Shown here in pieces: positions 61,151-64,000 of a DNA stretch of 64,000 nucleotides. The stretch spans positions 2,604,001-2,668,000 of the forward strand of contig NC_088810.1 of the NCBI RefSeq assembly GCF_011386835.1, written 5' to 3'. The position numbers were made by a program, and so were the translations under genes. Every line of letters starts with the position of its first letter. Positions within the stretch are counted from its first letter, which is position 1. Below the pieces are notes generated by a model. It was not told the DNA's origin. It searched no databases and saw only the letters and a list, made by a program, of their open reading frames with translations. The DNA comes from Chrysemys picta bellii (Eukaryota).

Positions 61151-62175
61151 CCATCATTGGAGGTTTTTAAGAGCAGGTTAGATGAACACCTGTCAGGGAT
61201 GGTACTTGGTCCCCACCTGACCTGTGGGTGCTTGGTCCTGCCATGAGTGCAGGGGACTGGACTAGATTACCTCTCAAGGTCCCTTCTAGTCCTATGTATA
61301 TGATTCTCTCCAAGTAGTTTTTTATTCTGGTTATTGTGGTTTAGGGCTGCAGCGAGGGGAGGGGGATAAATGGGGTGGTTGATGGGGAGGGGTTGAGGGC
61401 CACCTCAGGGGGAAGGGATGGGGATTAGTGGGGTTGGGACGCTAGTATGGGTGACACACAGGTGAGTGGCAGGGAAAGGGGGAGGGATGAAGGGTGAAGG
61501 AGTGTGTCAGCCCCACATACTCTCCTCCCAGGTGTGTACCAGGATCTGGGAATGTCTGAGTCCTTCTCTCTCCCACCCCTCATGTCAGCCAGATTCTGGG
61601 GGGCCCTGCATTCTAGAGGTGCCTGCCCCCCATGTGGGAGTTGGGAATTAGGAGCAGTTTGCTCTCTGGGGGGTGGTCTGAGCCCCTCTCTCTGCCCCCC
61701 TGTGCCTGTGCTGGGTGGTCCTTGGCTTTCACTCCCATCTCCAACACATCCCGAAAAGCAACATGTACTCCAGACATCATCAGACACCCCCATGGCGACC
61801 TCCTGCTCTCCTGGCTCCGCATGCAGCACATTTGACAGCCCCATAGTCTACTCCTGGGAGAATCCTGTGCCAAATTATTAACAATATGCACAGCTCGTTA
61901 ATTACATGTGTGCAGTAGCGCAGAATTCCCCCAGGAGTAAGAGTCCGTGCACCGGGGAGGTTAACCTGTATTAACAGTGCTTAAGGTTTGTGCACAGTGG
62001 GAACAGGGATGCAAGTTTCAGCACATGTGCTGGTGAGGGTGAAACCAGCCCCACGCTGCATGTCTGTAAAAGTTGCTACATGAACAGTTTTATTTTTTTA
62101 AGGCTACATTTACACTAACCGAAACATGCCTTTTCCTTTTCTTGTCTTGGGAAGAGAGAATCTCTTGTAGGTGCC

Positions 62176-63474
62176 ATGGATATGGATCTAGTGTCCGTGC
62201 TCATGAAGGGTATGGAGTCCGTCTCAGTGCTCATGAAGAATATGGAGTTAATCTCAGCTCGCATGGAAGCTCTGGATCTAGGGTTGGACCCAAAGGAATT
62301 CTTCAATGGCTCCATAAAGTTGTTTGAGGAGTTCATGGATATTTTCAAAGACAAAGAACAGGCTGAAGTGGCTTCTATATCGCAGGCAGAGCTGGAGTCA
62401 TTCAAATCCACCATGCTCAATATCGCAGTCACGGGGGAGACGGGTGCCCGGAAATCGTCCTTCATCAACGCCCTCCGGGGACTGACCGCTGAGGATGACG
62501 GGGCTGCCCCAACGGGGGTGACAGAAATGACGACGAAGCCGACTGTTTATCCCTATCCAAACCACCCCAACGTGAGGCTGTGGGACCTGCCCGGCATTGG
62601 CGCCCCAGATTTTCAGCCAACCACGTACCTGCAGCAAGTGAACTTCAAACGCTATGACTTCTTCGTGATCATCGCTTCGGAGCGCTTCAAATGCAACCAC
62701 ACGGCCCTGGCCCGAGAGATCGAGAGGATGGGGAAGAGGTTCTATTTTGTGCGCTCCAAGGTGGATGAAGACTTGCGCAACGAAGAAAGGGATCACCCTA
62801 GAACATTCAGTCAGGAGAGCGTCCTGCAGCGACTCAGGATGGACTGCAGGAAACACCTGCAAAATGCAAGGATGTGCAACCCAGAGATTTTCCTTCTCTC
62901 CAGCTGTGAATTCACCAAGTATGATGCTCCTGGCCTTGTAAAGACTTTGCAGGATGATATCCAAGGTCTGCAGAGACTTGCCTTTCTGCTCAGTCTGCCA
63001 AACCTGTCTGCAGAAATCATAGAGGAGAAGAAAGCTGCCCTGAAGAAGCGGATATGGCTAATATCCCTCGCATCGGCTTTAGTCAATGTCATTCCTATCC
63101 CGCGGCTCTCTGTTGCTTGTGATATTAGCATCCTGCTAGGATCCATGATTGCCTTCTACAAGTACTTCGGTCTAGATGACATCTCCTTGCCTAATCTGGC
63201 CAGGCAGACTGGGAAACCGATAGCGGAGCTGAAGGCTGTTATCATATCTCCTGAGGCAAAAGAAATAAACAGAGATGTTGTAATCAAACTGCTGCTAAAG
63301 ACGGGTTTGCCTGGATTAACTGCAAATCTACCAGTGCTTGGTCACATATTAACTGCGGGAATCTCTTTTTTAACCACCTACTTCATGCTGTTGAGCTTTC
63401 TCAGTGAAGTGGCTGAAGATGCCGAAAGGGTTCGGAAGACCGCTTTGAAGGAAGACGGGAAAAAGCGTAAATGA
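62176..63474 (+). CDS. IRGC-like: Immunity-related GTPase copy C (432 aa) with P-loop Gly-to-Arg change
   Basis: G1 reads GETGARKS (CGG at 62449-62451 versus GGG in paralogs); three N-terminal repeats; 6-nt in-frame deletion near the C-terminus. Confidence 0.93.
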   Translation: MDMDLVSVLMKGMESVSVLMKNMELISARMEALDLGLDPKEFFNGSIKLFEEFMDIFKDKEQAEVASISQAELESFKSTMLNIAVTGETGARKSSFINALRGLTAEDDGAAPTGVTEMTTKPTVYPYPNHPNVRLWDLPGIGAPDFQPTTYLQQVNFKRYDFFVIIASERFKCNHTALAREIERMGKRFYFVRSKVDEDLRNEERDHPRTFSQESVLQRLRMDCRKHLQNARMCNPEIFLLSSCEFTKYDAPGLVKTLQDDIQGLQRLAFLLSLPNLSAEIIEEKKAALKKRIWLISLASALVNVIPIPRLSVACDISILLGSMIAFYKYFGLDDISLPNLARQTGKPIAELKAVIISPEAKEINRDVVIKLLLKTGLPGLTANLPVLGHILTAGISFLTTYFMLLSFLSEVAEDAERVRKTALKEDGKKRK

Positions 63475-64000
63475 TCAGCAGACGTGTTCATGAGTCAGAG
63501 ACCCAATCCCAGCTGGAGATCAAGGCATGACCCTCCCAAATTTTAAAAATCAAGCCAAAAAAGAAGCGGCATTTTTATTCTTTAATTTCCTGCAGTGTGT
63601 CAAGTTTCTAGGCTTTTTTAAACATTTTGTCTAATACAGGAAAACCAACAAAATGCACCAAGATCCTCAACTGATGTAACTCAACATGGCAACCAACGTT
63701 GCTGTCAGCTGCTGTCTCTTTAGTACCCGACCTGCACAACCATCCAGCCAGGGCCTACAGCAGACTTTGTGTACCTTTTAAACAATGCCTTTGATTTGAA
63801 GAACTGAAGACCATGGCTAGTTTGTGCGCTATCAGCCGCGTTACAAATGAATGAGGGCGCTGGAACAAGCATTTCCCAGTAATGTCACCACAAGCGTTCA
63901 AAAATCACCATTCAGGCCACTAAAAATCACGAGATTTAAAAAAAATGTTGTTGTTTTTTTGTTTGCCTCCTGTTTTGAGGGTTTGTTGGTCACCTTTTCC

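Overview
Vertebrate genomic DNA, very likely from a turtle (inferred from tRNA-headed SINEs with CR1 tails, CR1 LINEs, Penelope-like termini, and hAT/Harbinger MITEs), with two N-gaps near 14.5-14.9 kb. The window is an immunity-related GTPase (IRG/p47, IRGC/IIGP-like) cluster with five IRG domains. Three are recent single-exon paralogs on the + strand (41541, 48581, 62176) within segmental duplications. The two minus-strand IRG exons (8241-9452, 22163-22857) each lie downstream of a B7/butyrophilin-type IgV-IgV-transmembrane exon cassette. Splice phases read by hand give continuous open frames, predicting two chimeric receptors: IgV-IgV-TM-(linker)-IRG. One carries a full-length but catalytically degenerate IRG and the other an intact but C-terminally truncated G domain. 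Both, and the last + strand IRG, start from a similar ISRE plus short non-coding exon 1. All splicing is inferred from genomic consensus sites; no transcript data were available.
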